Below, piece after piece: positions 62,092-64,000 of a stretch of DNA of 64,000 nucleotides. A program made the position numbers and the translations under genes. Within the stretch, counting starts at the first letter, position 1. The number at the start of each line of letters is the position of its first letter. Source of the DNA: Isurus oxyrinchus (lineage: Eukaryota); the NCBI GenBank assembly GCA_026770705.1, contig JANJGN010001130.1:1-64000 (forward strand). The letters are read 5' to 3'. The notes below the pieces were generated by a model that saw nothing but the letters and a program-made list of their open reading frames with translations, was not told the DNA's origin and ran no database searches.

Positions 62092-64000
62092 GTAATATCA
62101 TCATCAGCTCGGACAGACTTTTGGTTAATAGTCTTTGTAAAAGATCATTCTTATTGAACTCTAATTGGGAACCGATTTAGGAGTGACCCAGTGTACAAAC
62201 TCACACCATTTCCCATTCACCCATCACCCCTGTGCTCACTGATATACACTGAATCCCTGTCTGAGAGCAGAATTGGAGGAGAGCAGAGGCCTTGGAGGGT
62301 TGTAGGGGCTGGAGGAGTGTACAGGGATAGGCAGGTTTGTAGCAGCGAGAGCAGAAACTTAAAATTCAGGTGCTTTCAGACGTTGGTAAGTGAGCGATGG
62401 GGATTGATGACTTGAGTAGAGAAGCAGGGATAAAAACTGGGGGGTGAAGCCTATCCTGCTGCGAGGTCTCCGATAGCAATGGTCTGAAATTTGTGTCCTT
62501 TGCTGCCTTTATTCAAAATTTCCCATGAAGACAGCACAGCAGCTCCTAGAATAGACAGGCTGTTCAGTGTCACACTTCCTGTCCATTCTCACCTTGCTAG
62601 ATACTTCAATAAGGGAGCAAGATAACTGAAAGAGAGAAGGAAGGTAAAGCTGTCCGTGTGTAAAGGTGTCAAATATTCTGAGTTATCATGAGTGTCTCTG
62701 ATCTGCTGCAGAGTTCAAATTTCACAGAATATTAGCACTTTGCAGCTCAGAGAGAGACCATTGACTCACTGCCTGAAAGGGCGGTGGAAGCAGATTCAAC
62801 AGGAACTTTCAGAAGGGGAACTGGATAAATACTTGAAGGGAAATTTGCAGGGATGTGCGAAAGGTGCTGGAGAGGAATTGGGAAAGAGTCAGCACATGCA
62901 CAATGGATCAAACAAGCTCCTCCTGTGTTGTATCATTCAACAATCAGACAATTTAAGACCCTTGTCAGCAAATCTTCAGAATCCTGCTGAATCACAGATG
63001 TTTCAGAAGGACAGGGAACAAGAAGTTTCTGGTATCAGCATTTCATGTGGGGCCCAGTTCAGTTTGAACAAAAAAAATGACAACAGCATCTTTGAAAGTC
63101 ATGAACCCACCACAGCGGCACCTCCGACACATGCAGAGCTCAGGCTAGAGGCACTATGTTAGTGTGTTTCACAGTGTCTGCTGGAGTAGGGTCAGTGCTG
63201 AGCTTGGGGACAAGTCAGTCTACAATGCTGCATCGGAATCAACAATACAACAACATGGGGTTTGGATCAGAAATAATCCCTTAGACAATGAGGATCCAAA
63301 GAGATTCCTGAGACAATGAGATTCCAAAGAGATTCCTTATTCCATTGGTTGTCTAACTGGGGTCCATGATTTTCCAAGGGGTCCTTGGCAGAATCAAATT
63401 ATTGAGCAATAGTGTGTAAAATACCGGAGAGAACGGGAAAGGTGGGATCAATGGAAAACTGTTCACTCTGTTTACACTAATGGGAGTTAGTCTCAGTAAT
63501 GGAGACCATGAAACTATCATCGATTGTCATACACACCCATCTGGTTCACTAATGGCCTTTAGGGAAGGAAATCTGCCGTCTATATCTGGTCTGGCCTACA
63601 TGTGACTCCAGACTCATAGCAACGTGGTTCCTCTGAAATGTCCGAGCAAACCATCCAGTTCTCACCATGCTAGAAACTTCAATAAGGGAGTAAGATAACT
63701 GAAAGAGAGAAGGAAGGTAAAGCTGCTCATGTGGATAGATGTCAAATATCCTGAGTGATCATGATTGTCTCTACTCTGCTACAGAGATTATGTCACGGGA
63801 CATTAGAGATGGGCAGCAAATGCTGGCCTTGGCAGCGATGCCCACATCCCATGAATGAATACATTTACAAAATCTTATTACTTGGAAGGTGCAAGTGCAG
63901 GTTGTTATGATCCTTGAGCAGACCCTCTCAGCACTGACCCTACTCCAGCAGACCCTGTGAAACACACTAACAAAGCGCCTCTCGCCTGAGCTCTGCATGT

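Overview
Eukaryotic genomic DNA, almost certainly from a cartilaginous fish (shark); this is inferred from the CR1, L2, Penelope and SINE content and the 33-bp 'acagtgcagcactccctcagtactgaccctc' minisatellite. The window holds a + strand tandem cluster of Siglec-type (sialic-acid-binding Ig-like lectin; CD33-related/MAG-like) genes, which I assembled by hand from splice sites and exon phases. Gene A (~9.5-23.6 kb) is leader-V-C2-C2-TM plus a tail with YxN/ITIM-like motifs. Gene B (~27.7-38.4 kb) is leader-V-C2 plus an Arg-containing TM and a short tyrosine-free tail (activating type). Gene C (~40-58.2 kb) is leader, an intact V1, a pseudogenised V2, C2, C2, TM and a tail with an ITSM and a degenerate ITIM (inhibitory type). 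Gene D begins at 61.5 kb, and there are two orphan promoter/exon-1 copies. All three intact V domains keep the essential sialic-acid-binding Arg but diverge in the binding loops, while the C2-1 exons are nearly identical. The main finding is an apparent paired activating/inhibitory Siglec system in a shark, built by exon-level duplication and loss. Most long ORFs in the supplied track are minisatellite or transposon artefacts. Exon joins are predictions and need RNA-seq support.
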